The position numbers were made by a program, and so were the translations under genes. The notes under the pieces were generated by a model, which saw only the letters and a program-made list of their open reading frames with translations, was not told where the DNA came from and searched no databases. From contig CDROCS010000253.1 in assembly GCA_977020255.1 (NCBI GenBank), forward strand, positions 496,001 through 560,000: DNA of 64,000 nt, written 5' to 3'. Position 1 is the stretch's first letter, and the number at the start of each line of letters is the position of its first letter. Shown in pieces: positions 22,262 through 34,770 of the stretch. The stretch comes from Obrimoposthia wandeli (taxonomy: Eukaryota).

Positions 22262-22267
22262 TATTTA

Positions 22268-22530
22268 ATACCAAGTCCATTAAGTTAGTTCCCACTCAGA
22301 GCTTGCCAGCGGTTTGAGAACAAATAGAATTTTTTGCATATAGTCACTCTATATGAAAGAAATTCTATGCGGTTATCGAGTCGCTGGAAAGCTCCCGAAG
22401 GGCGAGTTTAAAAGGCTTACATGCTGCGTTATTGATTTTGATAAGGGAAAAACCATTATCTACAATCAATGCCTTGCCTCTAAGCCTTTTAACTCTCGCT
22501 GAGTGGGAAGAAACTTATTGGAATTGGTAT
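22268..22530. mobile_element. ERIC-like MITE, copy B (type-3 termini, 263 bp)
   Basis: 32-bp TIRs ATACCAAGTCCATTAAGTTAGTTCCCACTCAG / CTGAGTGGGAAGAAACTTATTGGAATTGGTAT (4 mismatches). The 3' half matches the reverse complement of 6490-6604. Confidence 0.88.
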
Positions 22531-22584
22531 AAGTAATATTACTGACAAAGCTATAAATACATTACACTTTGGTCATTTAGATAA

Positions 22585-23859
<1,275 letters not shown>

Positions 23860-23964
23860 TTACTTAAATGATTAAAAAATATCGAGCCAGTATACACAAA
23901 AATGCCCAGCATTAAAAAGCTAGGCATTAAAAATACAATTTAGTAACACTATTACTAAATATTA

Positions 23965-24228
23965 CTAACTATTAAATAATTTATCGCGTTGCCACTGTGC
24001 TTTATTGAATGTTTTCACAGTAACCGCGTGGATTGTGCCATCTTTGATAATATCGGCTAATGGCTTAAGAACTGCTTGCTGACGCTTAACACGACTTAAA
24101 TCATCAAACATATCACTTACTGCATTAATTCGACATTGAGAGCCATCAAATTTCACATGTACTTCATCAAGTTCAAGTGCATCATTTATTAATTTTTTTA
24201 CTAATTGTTCAATCTCACCAACTTCCAT
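23965..24228 (-). CDS. ibaG: BolA-family protein IbaG (YrbA)
   Basis: SRVKRQQAV, IHAVTVKTF; conserved position between mlaB and murA. Confidence 0.88.
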   Translation of the reverse strand: MEVGEIEQLVKKLINDALELDEVHVKFDGSQCRINAVSDMFDDLSRVKRQQAVLKPLADIIKDGTIHAVTVKTFNKAQWQRDKLFNS

Positions 24229-24260
24229 GGGAGTCTCCTTTGTTCGTTATTTTTATAATA

Positions 24261-24563
24261 CTAATCACATGTTATAGGTAATAAACCATCTACGCCACTT
24301 AAGGTGATTAGTTTAGTTAATTTTTCAGGTATATTGCAAAAAATCAACTGACAAGAGTGATGTGCGGCCTGTTCTAAAAGGTAAAATAACCAAGCAAGGC
24401 CTGCGGTATCTACTTTACTAACATTGCTTAAATCAACGTTAACAGCACCATGAGCAAACCAATTGACATATTCATTCTTTTTAATGTGCGCGACACTATG
24501 ACGGCTCAATTGACCAGAGATAGCTAGGGTACCATGATTAAGAACTATATTCGCTTTACTCAC
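24261..24563 (-). CDS. mlaB: STAS-domain protein MlaB
   Basis: VDLSNVSKVDTAGLAWL; position in the operon. Confidence 0.9.
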   Translation of the reverse strand: MSKANIVLNHGTLAISGQLSRHSVAHIKKNEYVNWFAHGAVNVDLSNVSKVDTAGLAWLFYLLEQAAHHSCQLIFCNIPEKLTKLITLSGVDGLLPITCD

Positions 24564-24566
24564 TTT

Positions 24567-25340
24567 TTATCCCTGCTGTTCTTTTTTTGCTGTGGTGTTT
24601 TTATCTTTTACTGCGCGATTTTTAAAAACAATATCTCGAGTACTTTTGCTTTTTAATAATTCAGTAACGTAAGGTAGACCCTTTTGCCTAATGATACCCC
24701 CGAGCTCAGCTTGCTTTGAGTCAAGTAAACTGATCCCTTCGGCCACCATATCAAATGCTTGCCACTGTTTAGTATTTTTATTAAGCCTAACTTTGAACGC
24801 CACATCAATATTATCTCTACCCACCATAATAATACGCGTATTCACTGCTACTATTCTTTTACCCACAAAGGATCTTTCTGGGGAAAACTCCACCGCTTGG
24901 TTATCATATAAAGTAAATACTTGTGCATAAGAACTCACTAAATATTCTCGAAAAACGGGTACAAAAGCACGTCGTTCTTCATCCGTCGTTTTCCTTAAAT
25001 GCTGACCAATAACTTTAAAAGCAGAGTATTTATAGTTGATATAAGGCATCAGCTCTTCTCGCACGATGTCTTTCAACAAGTTTGGATTTTCTTGAATAGC
25101 TTGTTGCTCACGCGCAAATCTTTTAAAAGTCTGCTCGGCCGCACCTTGCACCATTTGATATGGATTACTTTGATCTATAATTAGACGTGTTGACTCTTTA
25201 GCTAACTCAGTTGTTTGAGAAGGTAACGTAGTTGCTGCTACTTCATTATTAGCAAGAGCACTTTTACTAATGGTCAGACTAAGTGCCAAGCCAATTGTTA
25301 AAGCCAAAACATTATTTTTACAAAAATTACTTATACCCAC
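24567..25340 (-). CDS. mlaC: Periplasmic phospholipid-binding protein MlaC
   Basis: Signal peptide, VREELMPY, AFDMVAEGISLL. Confidence 0.92.
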   Translation of the reverse strand: MGISNFCKNNVLALTIGLALSLTISKSALANNEVAATTLPSQTTELAKESTRLIIDQSNPYQMVQGAAEQTFKRFAREQQAIQENPNLLKDIVREELMPYINYKYSAFKVIGQHLRKTTDEERRAFVPVFREYLVSSYAQVFTLYDNQAVEFSPERSFVGKRIVAVNTRIIMVGRDNIDVAFKVRLNKNTKQWQAFDMVAEGISLLDSKQAELGGIIRQKGLPYVTELLKSKSTRDIVFKNRAVKDKNTTAKKEQQG

Positions 25341-25344
25341 TTAT

Positions 25345-25818
25345 TTACTCCTCACCACTTCCCTGACTAAATAAAAACTGTCCTATCAATTCTTCTAATA
25401 CTAAAGCTGGCTTAGTATCTTCAATAAAGTCACCTGGTTGTAAAGTATCAACAGACTCATCTACAAAACCAGGTTGTACACCTAAATACTGCTCACCTAA
25501 TAAACCGGCTGTTAATATTGCAACAGAAGTAGCTTCTGAAAAATTATTATATTGTGTATAAATGTCAAGAGTCACCACCGGTGTATAGTCTTCTTCATCT
25601 AACGAAATATCACTAACACGACCAATAACAACTCCGCCAACTTTTATCGGCGAGCGCACTTTTAAGCCGCCAATATTATCGAACTTAGCAAAAAGCTGAT
25701 AACTTTCACCACTACCACCCATACCTGAGTCTGCGACTTTAAGTGATAACATCAATAAGGCAGCTAGTCCTAATGCAACAAAAAAACCGACCAATAACTC
25801 TACTTTCTTAGACACCAT
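25345..25818 (-). CDS. mlaD: MCE-domain protein MlaD
   Basis: FDNIGGLKVRSPIKVGGVVIGRV, LTAGLLGEQY. Confidence 0.96.
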   Translation of the reverse strand: MVSKKVELLVGFFVALGLAALLMLSLKVADSGMGGSGESYQLFAKFDNIGGLKVRSPIKVGGVVIGRVSDISLDEEDYTPVVTLDIYTQYNNFSEATSVAILTAGLLGEQYLGVQPGFVDESVDTLQPGDFIEDTKPALVLEELIGQFLFSQGSGEE

Positions 25819-25905
25819 GTCTTTCACCAACGCCTTGTAATAAAAAATTCAATAATAAAATTCTAACGGGATAACAATGTGCAGTAATTGCTTTATGAGA
25901 CTAAA

Positions 25906-26682
25906 TTACTTTACGAACATTAATGCCGTTAATATGAAATCCAAAAATAACACCAGTAATGATGATTGTACTACCGTTGAAGTAGTCGCTCGACTAATAC
26001 CTTCAGAAGTAGGTTCACAATCATAACCTTTGTATACGGCTATCCACATAACAACAAAAGCAAAAACAATACTTTTAATAATCCCGTTGAGGATATCTTT
26101 TTCAAAGTCGACTTGGTCTTGCATTACCGACCAAAAAGTTCCGCTATCGACACCCAGCCAATCAACACCAACAACATGAGCGCCAAGTATACCCACCATA
26201 GAAAAAATCGCCGCTAACAAGGGTAAACTAATAAATCCCGCCCAAAAACGCGGCGCAATAACTCGCCTTAAGGGATCAATAGCCATCATCTCTAGACTTG
26301 ATAATTGCTCAGTTGCTTTCATTAAGCCTATTTCGGCAGTAAGCGCCGAGCCTGCACGACCCGCGAATAACAGAGCGGCAACCACAGGGCCAAGCTCTCG
26401 CAATAACGACAGCGCAACCATAGGACCTAGACTCGCTTCTGCGCCATATCCCACAAGAATAGTATAGCCCTGTAACGCTAATACCATACCAATAAACGTA
26501 CCTGACACGACAATAATTAACAAAGACAATACACCGACACTGTAAAGCTGTTGCATCAATAAAGGCGTTCCTTTACGAATGTTGGGGACATGTATTAACG
26601 CTGAGACCAACAAAATTACTGCGCGGCCTAAACCACTAATCATATTTAGAGTTTGTCTACCTAAAAACTGTATCTGTTGCAC
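25906..26682 (-). CDS. mlaE: ABC permease MlaE
   Basis: [27 protein letters not shown]. Confidence 0.97.
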   Translation of the reverse strand: MQQIQFLGRQTLNMISGLGRAVILLVSALIHVPNIRKGTPLLMQQLYSVGVLSLLIIVVSGTFIGMVLALQGYTILVGYGAEASLGPMVALSLLRELGPVVAALLFAGRAGSALTAEIGLMKATEQLSSLEMMAIDPLRRVIAPRFWAGFISLPLLAAIFSMVGILGAHVVGVDWLGVDSGTFWSVMQDQVDFEKDILNGIIKSIVFAFVVMWIAVYKGYDCEPTSEGISRATTSTVVQSSLLVLFLDFILTALMFVK

Positions 26683-26708
26683 TATTTCTCGCCTTGAAAC
26701 TGATTCAT

Positions 26709-27539
26709 TTAGTTAACTCTTTTTGAAGATATTTTAATGAGTTCATCACGATAAGCTGGCGCTTCATAATGAAACGGTACTGCGCCATCAGCTTCGCCTT
26801 GAATAAACTGTTGCACTAAAGGAGAGCTATCTTGGCGTATTTGTTCAGGCGTACCATGGCCAATGATTTTCTTTTCCGCAACAATATAAATATAATCTGC
26901 GATGCTCATGACTTCAGGAACATCGTGTGAAACGACTATCGAAGTTAACCCTAACGCATCACTTAACGAGCGTATTAACCGAACAATAACCCCCATAGAA
27001 ATAGGATCTTGACCAGCAAAAGGTTCATCATACAAAATGAGTTCAGGATCTAACGCAATTGCCCGTGCTAGCGCCACCCTACGGGCCATGCCACCAGACA
27101 GTTCGCTCGGCTGTAAGTGCCTTGCACCACGTAAACCAACCGCTTCAAGCTTCATCAAAACAATTTTTTCAATGATGTCTTCAGATAGTTGGGTGTGCTC
27201 TCTTATAGGGAAGGCGATATTATCGTAAACACTCATTTCGGTGAATAACGCACCACTTTGAAAGAGCATACTCATATCTTTGCGGGCTTCATATAAGTCC
27301 GCTCGGGATAATAAGGGGATATTTTTTCCCGCAAAAAATATATTACCACTTTCAGGTTTTATTTGACCGCCAATCAAGCGCAGTAAGGTCGTTTTACCAA
27401 TGCCACTTGGCCCCATAATAGCGGTAACTTTCCCTTTAGCAATAGATAAGCTGATATCGTCATAAATGACTCGCTCACCTCGTTTAAAGGTTAGGTTTTC
27501 AATTTCAACCAAGTTTGCTTCAGGTGCAGGATTTGTCAT
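26709..27539 (-). CDS. mlaF: ABC ATPase MlaF
   Basis: [36 protein letters not shown]. Confidence 0.97.
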   Translation of the reverse strand: MTNPAPEANLVEIENLTFKRGERVIYDDISLSIAKGKVTAIMGPSGIGKTTLLRLIGGQIKPESGNIFFAGKNIPLLSRADLYEARKDMSMLFQSGALFTEMSVYDNIAFPIREHTQLSEDIIEKIVLMKLEAVGLRGARHLQPSELSGGMARRVALARAIALDPELILYDEPFAGQDPISMGVIVRLIRSLSDALGLTSIVVSHDVPEVMSIADYIYIVAEKKIIGHGTPEQIRQDSSPLVQQFIQGEADGAVPFHYEAPAYRDELIKISSKRVN

Positions 27540-27807
27540 CGTTCAACGTCACTGTTGTTTATTGTCTGAATTTACAATATAAATTTTCTTAATAGCAGAT
27601 GATTTTACCTGAGCGGTAACAATTCTTCATTAGAAATAAAGCAATAAAGTCGCAATAATTGTAAAAATTTGAGCTTAATTTGTAAGAAAGTGATCGTTTT
27701 TGCTTAAAAAGTAAGGCAAAACAATATTATTTTCATTTTGGTCGCATTATTTACTTCTTTTTTGCTCAACAACCAGCGACAATTTACGCTTAACTTTGGA
27801 GTCATTA

Positions 27808-28791
27808 ATGCTAGAACAAATTTTTATATTACTTATTGCCCTTGTTGCTTTAGTTTGGAGCGCCGATAAATTCGTCTTTGGTGCGTCATCATTAGCGAGA
27901 AACTTAGGTATCTCACCAATGATAGTTGGTTTAACCATTGTTGCTATGGGCTCTTCAGCACCAGAAATGATGGTCGCTGCAACTGCATCGATGCAAGGTA
28001 ACCCCGATACGGCCATTGGTAATGCTATTGGCTCAAACATTACCAATATCGCCTTGGTATTGGGCATTACCGCCTTATTACAACCTCTAACAGTTTCATC
28101 ACAAACAATTAAACGTGAAATCCCCCTCATTTTGGCCGTTACCGCGCTAGGGTATTGGTTACTTATTGATAACCACTTAAGTTTTGTTGAAGGCATTGTC
28201 TTAATGTCTGGTTTTGCCATTTACATTATCGCACTACTTGTTATCACGTTGAATAAAACAAAGGGCAGACCCAGCGATGATCCTTTAATCATTGAAGCTG
28301 AACAGGATGTTGCGCCTGCTGTAAGTATGAAGCTATCATTAATTTGGTTGGGTGTTGGTATCATTTTATTACCATTAAGTGCGAGCTTTTTGGTTGATTC
28401 TTCTGTATTTATTGCTAAAGCATATGGTATTAGTGACTTAGTTATCGGCTTAACTATTATTGCGATAGGTACTAGTTTACCTGAGCTCGCCGCCAGTATT
28501 ATGAGTATTATAAAAAAAGAAGATGATTTAGCATTAGGTAATATAATAGGTTCAAATATCTTTAATATTTTAGCGGTATTACCCATAGCGGGTCTCATTG
28601 CTCCTGGTAATATTGATCCTTTGGCTGCCAGTAGAGATGCACCTTATATGTTAGGTATTACCTTGCTGCTATTTATTTTATGTTTTAGTCGCCGCTTAGG
28701 CTCATTTAGAATTACCCGTGCCAAAGGCGTATTATTACTGCTAAGCTTTATCGCTTATCAAGTATTACTTTTTAGTCAATTGTCAGAATAA
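27808..28791 (+). CDS. yrbG: Ca2+/Na+ antiporter family protein (YrbG)
   Basis: Alpha repeats GSSAPE/GNAIGSNITN and GTSLPE/GNIIGSNIFN; GGAG RBS before the ATG at 27808. Confidence 0.9.
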   Translation: MLEQIFILLIALVALVWSADKFVFGASSLARNLGISPMIVGLTIVAMGSSAPEMMVAATASMQGNPDTAIGNAIGSNITNIALVLGITALLQPLTVSSQTIKREIPLILAVTALGYWLLIDNHLSFVEGIVLMSGFAIYIIALLVITLNKTKGRPSDDPLIIEAEQDVAPAVSMKLSLIWLGVGIILLPLSASFLVDSSVFIAKAYGISDLVIGLTIIAIGTSLPELAASIMSIIKKEDDLALGNIIGSNIFNILAVLPIAGLIAPGNIDPLAASRDAPYMLGITLLLFILCFSRRLGSFRITRAKGVLLLLSFIAYQVLLFSQLSE

Positions 28792-28813
28792 AGGCTGATA
28801 TTAATTAACCATT

Positions 28814-29779
28814 ATGAAAAATTTCAAACAGTTAGCAAAAAACGTTATTGAGATTGAACAGCAAGCCATTGCTGAACTCGTGCAATTTATTGATGATAGC
28901 TTTGAGCTTGCCTGCCAACTCATGTTTCATTGCAAAGGGCGAGTGATCGTTATTGGCATGGGCAAATCAGGTCATATTGGCGGTAAAATAGCAGCGACAC
29001 TTGCCAGTACAGGTACCCCAGCTTTCTTTGTTCATCCTGGAGAAGCCAGTCATGGCGATCTAGGTATGATCACCAGTAATGATGTGGTGTTAACCATCTC
29101 TAACTCAGGTGAAACCAGCGAAGTACTTGCCATAATCCCTGTTATTAAGCGCATTGGCGCTAAATTAATTTCAATGACAGGTAACACTGAGTCTACCTTA
29201 GCTAAATTAGCCGATACGCATATCTGTATTAAAGTATCTGCAGAAGCTTGTCCGCTTGGTTTAGCACCTACATCAAGCACCACAGCAACCTTAGTAATGG
29301 GTGATGCTTTAGCTGTCGCTTTGCTCAATGCGCGTGATTTTACCGCTGATGATTTCGCTTTGTCTCACCCAGGTGGCAGTTTAGGTAAACGTTTATTACT
29401 TCGTCTAAGCGATATTATGCATAAAGATGAACGTGTTCCTGTGGTCTCTGAGCATGCATTTATCAAAGATGCCTTAGTTGAAATGTCATTAAAAGGCTTG
29501 GGCATGACTGCGATAGTTAATGAGCAGCAACAACTAGTCGGCTTGTTTACTGATGGCGATCTCCGTAGAGTATTGGATAATAGAATAGATATCCACAGTG
29601 AGAAAATCAGCACCGTAATGACCCATAATCCTAGCGTAGCGCAAAGTGATATGCTGGCTGCACAGGCCCTGAAAATAATGGAAGATAAGAAAATCAACGG
29701 TTTAATTATTGTCGATAACAATAATAAACCCGTTGGTGCAATGAATATGCATGACTTCTTAAGTTCTGGAGTGCTTTGA
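28814..29779 (+). CDS. kdsD: Arabinose-5-phosphate isomerase
   Basis: SIS domain GMGKSGHIG, HPGEASHGDLG; C-terminal CBS pair. Confidence 0.96.
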   Translation: MKNFKQLAKNVIEIEQQAIAELVQFIDDSFELACQLMFHCKGRVIVIGMGKSGHIGGKIAATLASTGTPAFFVHPGEASHGDLGMITSNDVVLTISNSGETSEVLAIIPVIKRIGAKLISMTGNTESTLAKLADTHICIKVSAEACPLGLAPTSSTTATLVMGDALAVALLNARDFTADDFALSHPGGSLGKRLLLRLSDIMHKDERVPVVSEHAFIKDALVEMSLKGLGMTAIVNEQQQLVGLFTDGDLRRVLDNRIDIHSEKISTVMTHNPSVAQSDMLAAQALKIMEDKKINGLIIVDNNNKPVGAMNMHDFLSSGVL

Positions 29780-30324
29780 TGAATACCCTATATGGCAATG
29801 TCCAAAACAACATTTTAGCTAAAGCGCAGCAAATAAAATTACTGGTATGTGATGTTGATGGCGTATTTTCTGACGGTAGAATATATTTAGGAAATAATGG
29901 TGAAGAATTAAAAGCTTTTCATACAAAAGATGGCTTTGGTATAAAAGCCTTAGGCGCTAGTGGTGTTGATGTTGCTATTATTACTGGCAGAAATTCTGCT
30001 ATCGTAGCAAATCGTATGAAAGCACTAAACGTAGCACATATTATTCAAGGTCAAGAAGATAAATTACCTGCATTAATCAAGTTAGCTCAACAGTTAAAAG
30101 TAGATCTTAACGAGGTAGCCTACATTGGTGATGATGTACCCGACTTAGCTTGCATTAAAGCCGTAGGTTTTGGTATTAGCGTCTTTGATGGCCACCCTCT
30201 TGTGTTGCGCGGTGCAGATTACACCACCTTTACGCGTGGTGGTTTTGGTGCTGTACGGGAAACGTGTGACTTGATTATGCAAAGCCAAAATAACTTAAAC
30301 AGTGCATCAGGCGCGAGTATATGA
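29779..30324 (+). CDS. kdsC: KDO-8-phosphate phosphatase
   Basis: HAD motifs CDVDGVFSDG and YIGDDVPD, GGFGAVRE; TGATG overlap with kdsD. Confidence 0.96.
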   Translation: MNTLYGNVQNNILAKAQQIKLLVCDVDGVFSDGRIYLGNNGEELKAFHTKDGFGIKALGASGVDVAIITGRNSAIVANRMKALNVAHIIQGQEDKLPALIKLAQQLKVDLNEVAYIGDDVPDLACIKAVGFGISVFDGHPLVLRGADYTTFTRGGFGAVRETCDLIMQSQNNLNSASGASI

Positions 30325-30890
30325 ATCGATTAAATAGCCTAGCGCTATTTGTCTTACTGCTTAGTGCGCTAATTTATGGCATTATTGAATGGCGTAGCGC
30401 ATCAATAGAGCAAGATACCTTAATTGTTGATGACCAACGCCCTGACTTTATCGCTGAGCAGTTACAAAGCAAAATCTATAGTGACTTAGGGCAACTGTCC
30501 CATACTATTGAAGCACAAAGAATGGAACATTATGCTGATTTGGAAGTCAGTTATTTTGAATTACCAAATTACACCTTATATCCGCAAAAAGAAGGCCAAC
30601 CATGGACGGTCAGTGCGCAAGAAGCGACACTTTACAAAGACAACCGTGTGGAGCTAAAGAATCAAGTACATATTAAAGCAACCGAAATTGACAGCTTAAT
30701 AAAAGAGATTCACTGCAAAACAATAGCATTAGATTTAAAAACAAATATTATTAGTTCAGAGCAATCAGTTGTTGTGGTTGGAAAAGATTTCACCATGTAC
30801 GGCTCAGGATTAATTATCGATTTAAACACTAAACAAATGACCCTAACCCAGCATGAACGTACTATTTATAAAAAACATGATGAAAGCTAA
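30321..30890 (+). CDS. lptC: LPS export protein LptC
   Basis: N-terminal TM, PDFIAE, beta-jellyroll; position in the operon. Confidence 0.92.
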   Translation: MNRLNSLALFVLLLSALIYGIIEWRSASIEQDTLIVDDQRPDFIAEQLQSKIYSDLGQLSHTIEAQRMEHYADLEVSYFELPNYTLYPQKEGQPWTVSAQEATLYKDNRVELKNQVHIKATEIDSLIKEIHCKTIALDLKTNIISSEQSVVVVGKDFTMYGSGLIIDLNTKQMTLTQHERTIYKKHDES

Positions 30891-31497
30891 TTTAAACCGT
30901 ATTACCTTCAAAGTAATAGCACTAACTTGTAGTTTAGTTCTTTTCAGTCCTGCTCACGCAGATATAACAGATTTAGAACAAGAAATTACCATTAAATCGC
31001 AGCGACAAGCTGCTGATCTTAAAAATAAAATTGCCAGTTATTTAGATAACGTCAGTATTCGCCAAGGCTCAATCTCTATTACCGCAGATGTCGTTAAAGT
31101 ATTTAGTCGCGTTGATAAAAAGAGTGGCGAAAAAAATGATACTTATTTAGCTAAAGGAAAGCCCGCGATCTTCAAACAACAACTTGAAGATGGTAGTTTA
31201 ATCACCTTACAAGCAGATGAAATAACCTATAAGCCTAACTCCAATATGATCACTATTTCAGGCAATGCTCTAGTCAAGCAAGCGGGTAGTGAAGTGAGTG
31301 GTAATGAAATAACGTATAATACCTTAAGTGAAAAATTAGAAGCACAAAGTGATAATAATCAACCTGTTACCACTATATTACAACCAACTATCCTCAAGAA
31401 GCAGAAAGAAACTTACAACAAATCTAAAGAAGAAAAAACCACTGAAAAAGAGCCTGAAAAGGTAGCTGAAAAAGAAGGCGATAGCCGTGACAACTAA
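30877..31497 (+). CDS. lptA: LPS transport periplasmic protein LptA
   Basis: Signal peptide, [22 protein letters not shown]; lies between lptC and lptB. Confidence 0.92.
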   Translation: MMKANLNRITFKVIALTCSLVLFSPAHADITDLEQEITIKSQRQAADLKNKIASYLDNVSIRQGSISITADVVKVFSRVDKKSGEKNDTYLAKGKPAIFKQQLEDGSLITLQADEITYKPNSNMITISGNALVKQAGSEVSGNEITYNTLSEKLEAQSDNNQPVTTILQPTILKKQKETYNKSKEEKTTEKEPEKVAEKEGDSRDN

Positions 31498-32242
31498 TAC
31501 AACGAACAAAAACACAGTAAATACACTTATTGCCAACAATTTATCAAAGTCTTATAAAAGCAGACAAGTCGTCAAAAGCGTTAGTTTGCAAGTTGATGCA
31601 GGACAAATCGTTGGTTTGTTAGGACCTAATGGCGCCGGAAAAACTACCTCCTTTTATATGATTGTTGGCTTAGTCCCTAGTGACAATGGAACGGTCAAGC
31701 TCAACGGACAAGACTTAACACTTGCTCCTATGCATGAAAGAGCCCGAAGTGGTATTGGCTATTTACCACAAGAAGCATCAATTTTTAGAAAGCTCACCGT
31801 TACAGATAATATCATGGCGATATTACAAACACGCAAAGAACTGAGTGAAGCCCAGCGCGCTGAAAAACTCGAACACTTATTAGAAGAGTTTCACATTTGT
31901 CATATCAAAGACAATACTGGTATGAGCTTATCTGGTGGCGAAAGGCGAAGAGTTGAAATTGCCCGAGCACTGGCTGCAGACCCTCAATTCATTTTATTAG
32001 ATGAGCCCTTTGCCGGCGTTGATCCTATTTCGGTTGGCGACATTAAAAAAATCATCTTACACTTAAAAGAACGAGGCATAGGTATATTAATCACAGACCA
32101 TAATGTTAGAGAAACACTCGATGTTTGTGAGCATGCCTATATAGTTAGTCACGGTGAAATTATTGCACAAGGTACTGCAGATCAAATTCTTGCTAATCAA
32201 AAAGTCAGAGATGTATACCTTGGCGAACAATTCACGCTATAG
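31487..32242 (+). CDS. lptB: LPS export ABC ATPase LptB
   Basis: [45 protein letters not shown]. Confidence 0.98.
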   Translation: MTTNTTNKNTVNTLIANNLSKSYKSRQVVKSVSLQVDAGQIVGLLGPNGAGKTTSFYMIVGLVPSDNGTVKLNGQDLTLAPMHERARSGIGYLPQEASIFRKLTVTDNIMAILQTRKELSEAQRAEKLEHLLEEFHICHIKDNTGMSLSGGERRRVEIARALAADPQFILLDEPFAGVDPISVGDIKKIILHLKERGIGILITDHNVRETLDVCEHAYIVSHGEIIAQGTADQILANQKVRDVYLGEQFTL

Positions 32243-32348
32243 TAAAGTTATAGGTTAGTAACTCTAGCCAGAATACTTAATAGAAAAGTAGTTACACATT
32301 GCAAAACGTAATTACTAAGAATAATAAATAGGAAATCATATAACCTAG

Positions 32349-33866
32349 ATGCGCCCTACACTACAGCTCCGTATTGGACAACACTTAACAATGACTCCAC
32401 AGTTGCAACAAGCGATTAAGCTGTTGCAACTGTCTACGTTAGAGTTACAACAAGAAATTCAAGAAGTTTTAGAGAGCAATCCATTACTTGAGCTTGATGA
32501 AAAAGCTCAAAGTGACAATGCTAGTGAACAAAATAATCTTGAAGAAGCCTTTTCATCCAGTGCCAATGAAGAAAAAACTGATCAATCGGCAAGCGATGGT
32601 AGTGAAGATCAGCAGGCAAGTATTGACGAAATCAGTACCACTGAGGCGATGGAAAAAAATGATATACCAGAAGAACTCAATATCGATACAACCTGGGAAG
32701 AAAGTTATAGTGCAGGGGTATCAAATACTGGTGCTGTAAGTAGTCCCGCTGATGACTATACCTATCAAGGTGAAACTACTGATTCTATTCAGGACCATTT
32801 ATTATGGCAAATGGAATTAACGCCCTTCACCGATACCGATAAAACCATCGCTATTGCTATTATTGAAGCAGTTGATGATGCTGGTTATTTAACCGTATCA
32901 CCAGAAGATATCTTAGAAAGTGTTGGTACTGAAGGCCTCGAGCTTGATGAGGTTGAAGCCGTGTTAAAGCGTATCAATATGTTTGATCCTGTTGGCGTTG
33001 CCGCTCGCTCAATTCCTGACTGTTTACTTATTCAATTAAATCAATTTAGTGCTGACACCCCTTATTTGAAGGAAAGTAAATTAATAATCAATGAGCATAT
33101 TGATTTGCTTGGTAATCGAGATTACCGCCAGTTAATGCGCAAAACCAAATTAAAAGAAGATCAACTACGTGAAGTAATGCGCTTAATTCAAAGCTTGAAT
33201 CCTCGCCCTGGTGATGTGGTCATTAAAAGCGATGACCAGTATGTTATTCCTGATGTTACTGTTGAGAAAAAGAATGGTCGTTGGGTGGTAGAATTAAACT
33301 CAGATACTGCGCCGAAATTGTCGATAAATAAACAGTATGCAGCCATGTCTAAAACAATGAAATCATCAACTGATGATGGACAATTTATTAGATCTAACTT
33401 ACAAGAAGCTAAGTGGTTTATTAAAAGTTTAGAATCTCGCAATGACACGCTACTAAAAGTATCTAACTGCATTGTGCAACGTCAGCAAGGATTTTTAGAG
33501 CATGGTGCTGAAGCCATGCGCCCTATGGTTCTAAATGATATAGCTGAAGCTGTTGATATGCACGAGTCCACCATCTCACGTGTTACCACGCAAAAGTATA
33601 TGCATACACCAAGAGGTATCTTCGAACTAAAGTATTTCTTCTCTAGTCATGTCAGCACGGAAAATGGTGGTGAATGTTCATCTACCGCAATTCGATCTTT
33701 AATTAAGAAGCTTATCTTAGCGGAGACACCTGCTAAACCGTTAAGTGATAGTAAAATGGCTAATTTATTAGCTGAGCAGGGAATAAAAGTGGCACGACGT
33801 ACCATTGCTAAATACCGAGAATCATTAGCGATACCACCGTCAAACCAACGTAAGAGTTTACTTTAG
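32349..33866 (+). CDS. rpoN: RNA polymerase sigma-54 factor
   Basis: [14 protein letters not shown]; RpoN box [10 protein letters not shown]. Confidence 0.98.
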   Translation: MRPTLQLRIGQHLTMTPQLQQAIKLLQLSTLELQQEIQEVLESNPLLELDEKAQSDNASEQNNLEEAFSSSANEEKTDQSASDGSEDQQASIDEISTTEAMEKNDIPEELNIDTTWEESYSAGVSNTGAVSSPADDYTYQGETTDSIQDHLLWQMELTPFTDTDKTIAIAIIEAVDDAGYLTVSPEDILESVGTEGLELDEVEAVLKRINMFDPVGVAARSIPDCLLIQLNQFSADTPYLKESKLIINEHIDLLGNRDYRQLMRKTKLKEDQLREVMRLIQSLNPRPGDVVIKSDDQYVIPDVTVEKKNGRWVVELNSDTAPKLSINKQYAAMSKTMKSSTDDGQFIRSNLQEAKWFIKSLESRNDTLLKVSNCIVQRQQGFLEHGAEAMRPMVLNDIAEAVDMHESTISRVTTQKYMHTPRGIFELKYFFSSHVSTENGGECSSTAIRSLIKKLILAETPAKPLSDSKMANLLAEQGIKVARRTIAKYRESLAIPPSNQRKSLL

Positions 33867-33892
33867 AAGACTACAATAAAAGGATCATGCTT

Positions 33893-34180
33893 ATGCAAAT
33901 TAATCTTTCTGGCCACCATGTTGAAGTAACCAGTTCATTACGCGAATATGTCGATACAAAATTTTCAAAATTAGAGCGACATTTTGATCATATCAATAAT
34001 GTTCATGTGGTACTTACTGTAGAAAAACTCAACCAAAAAGCTGAAGCTAATGTTCATATGAATGGCAGTGAAGTGTTTGCTTCTGCGGTAAACACAGACA
34101 TGTATGCTTCTATTGATACTTTAGTTGATAAACTTGATAGACAGATCCTTAAGCATAAAGGTAAGGTATCTCAGCACTAA
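33893..34180 (+). CDS. hpf: Ribosome hibernation promoting factor
   Basis: MQINLSGHHVEVTSSLREYV, DMYASID. Confidence 0.96.
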   Translation: MQINLSGHHVEVTSSLREYVDTKFSKLERHFDHINNVHVVLTVEKLNQKAEANVHMNGSEVFASAVNTDMYASIDTLVDKLDRQILKHKGKVSQH

Positions 34181-34288
34181 GTCGAGTTCATTCGACAGAA
34201 CGCTTTAAAGTAATTAAAGCATATTAGCACAGGCGCCCAGAGCTAAATAATTTAGCGTAAGTGGCGCCTAATAACCATTAATTCAATT

Positions 34289-34741
34289 ATGAAATTATCC
34301 GAAATATTAACGACAAGCTGTACCAGTTGTGGTGTAGCAGTAACTAGTAAAAAACGCATTCTAGAAAAAATTTGTCAGCTCGCTGCGATTCAAATAACGG
34401 ATATAGAGCAATATGAACTATTAGAAAGTTTACTTAATAGAGAAAAAATGGGTAGCACAGGCATAGGTAACGGCATTGCTATTCCTCATGGTCGATTACC
34501 CAATACAAACAAAGCAGTTGCTGTGTTAATAACAACCGAGAAAGCTATCGATTTTGATGCCATAGACAGTAGAGACGTAGATATTTTTGTTGCCTTATTT
34601 GTCCCTGAAAATAGCTGCAAAGAACATTTAGATACCCTACAAAATATTGCTAAATTATTTAGTGATAAAAAGATGATCAAGCAAGTTCGAAAATGCAATG
34701 ATAATCAGGCACTCTATAACTTAATTCAACAAGCAAGCTAG
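34289..34741 (+). CDS. ptsN: PTS EIIA-Ntr
   Basis: REKMGSTGIGNGIAIPHGR. Confidence 0.96.
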   Translation: MKLSEILTTSCTSCGVAVTSKKRILEKICQLAAIQITDIEQYELLESLLNREKMGSTGIGNGIAIPHGRLPNTNKAVAVLITTEKAIDFDAIDSRDVDIFVALFVPENSCKEHLDTLQNIAKLFSDKKMIKQVRKCNDNQALYNLIQQAS

Positions 34742-34770
34742 CAATAAATAAAGCATTCGGAATAGTATAA

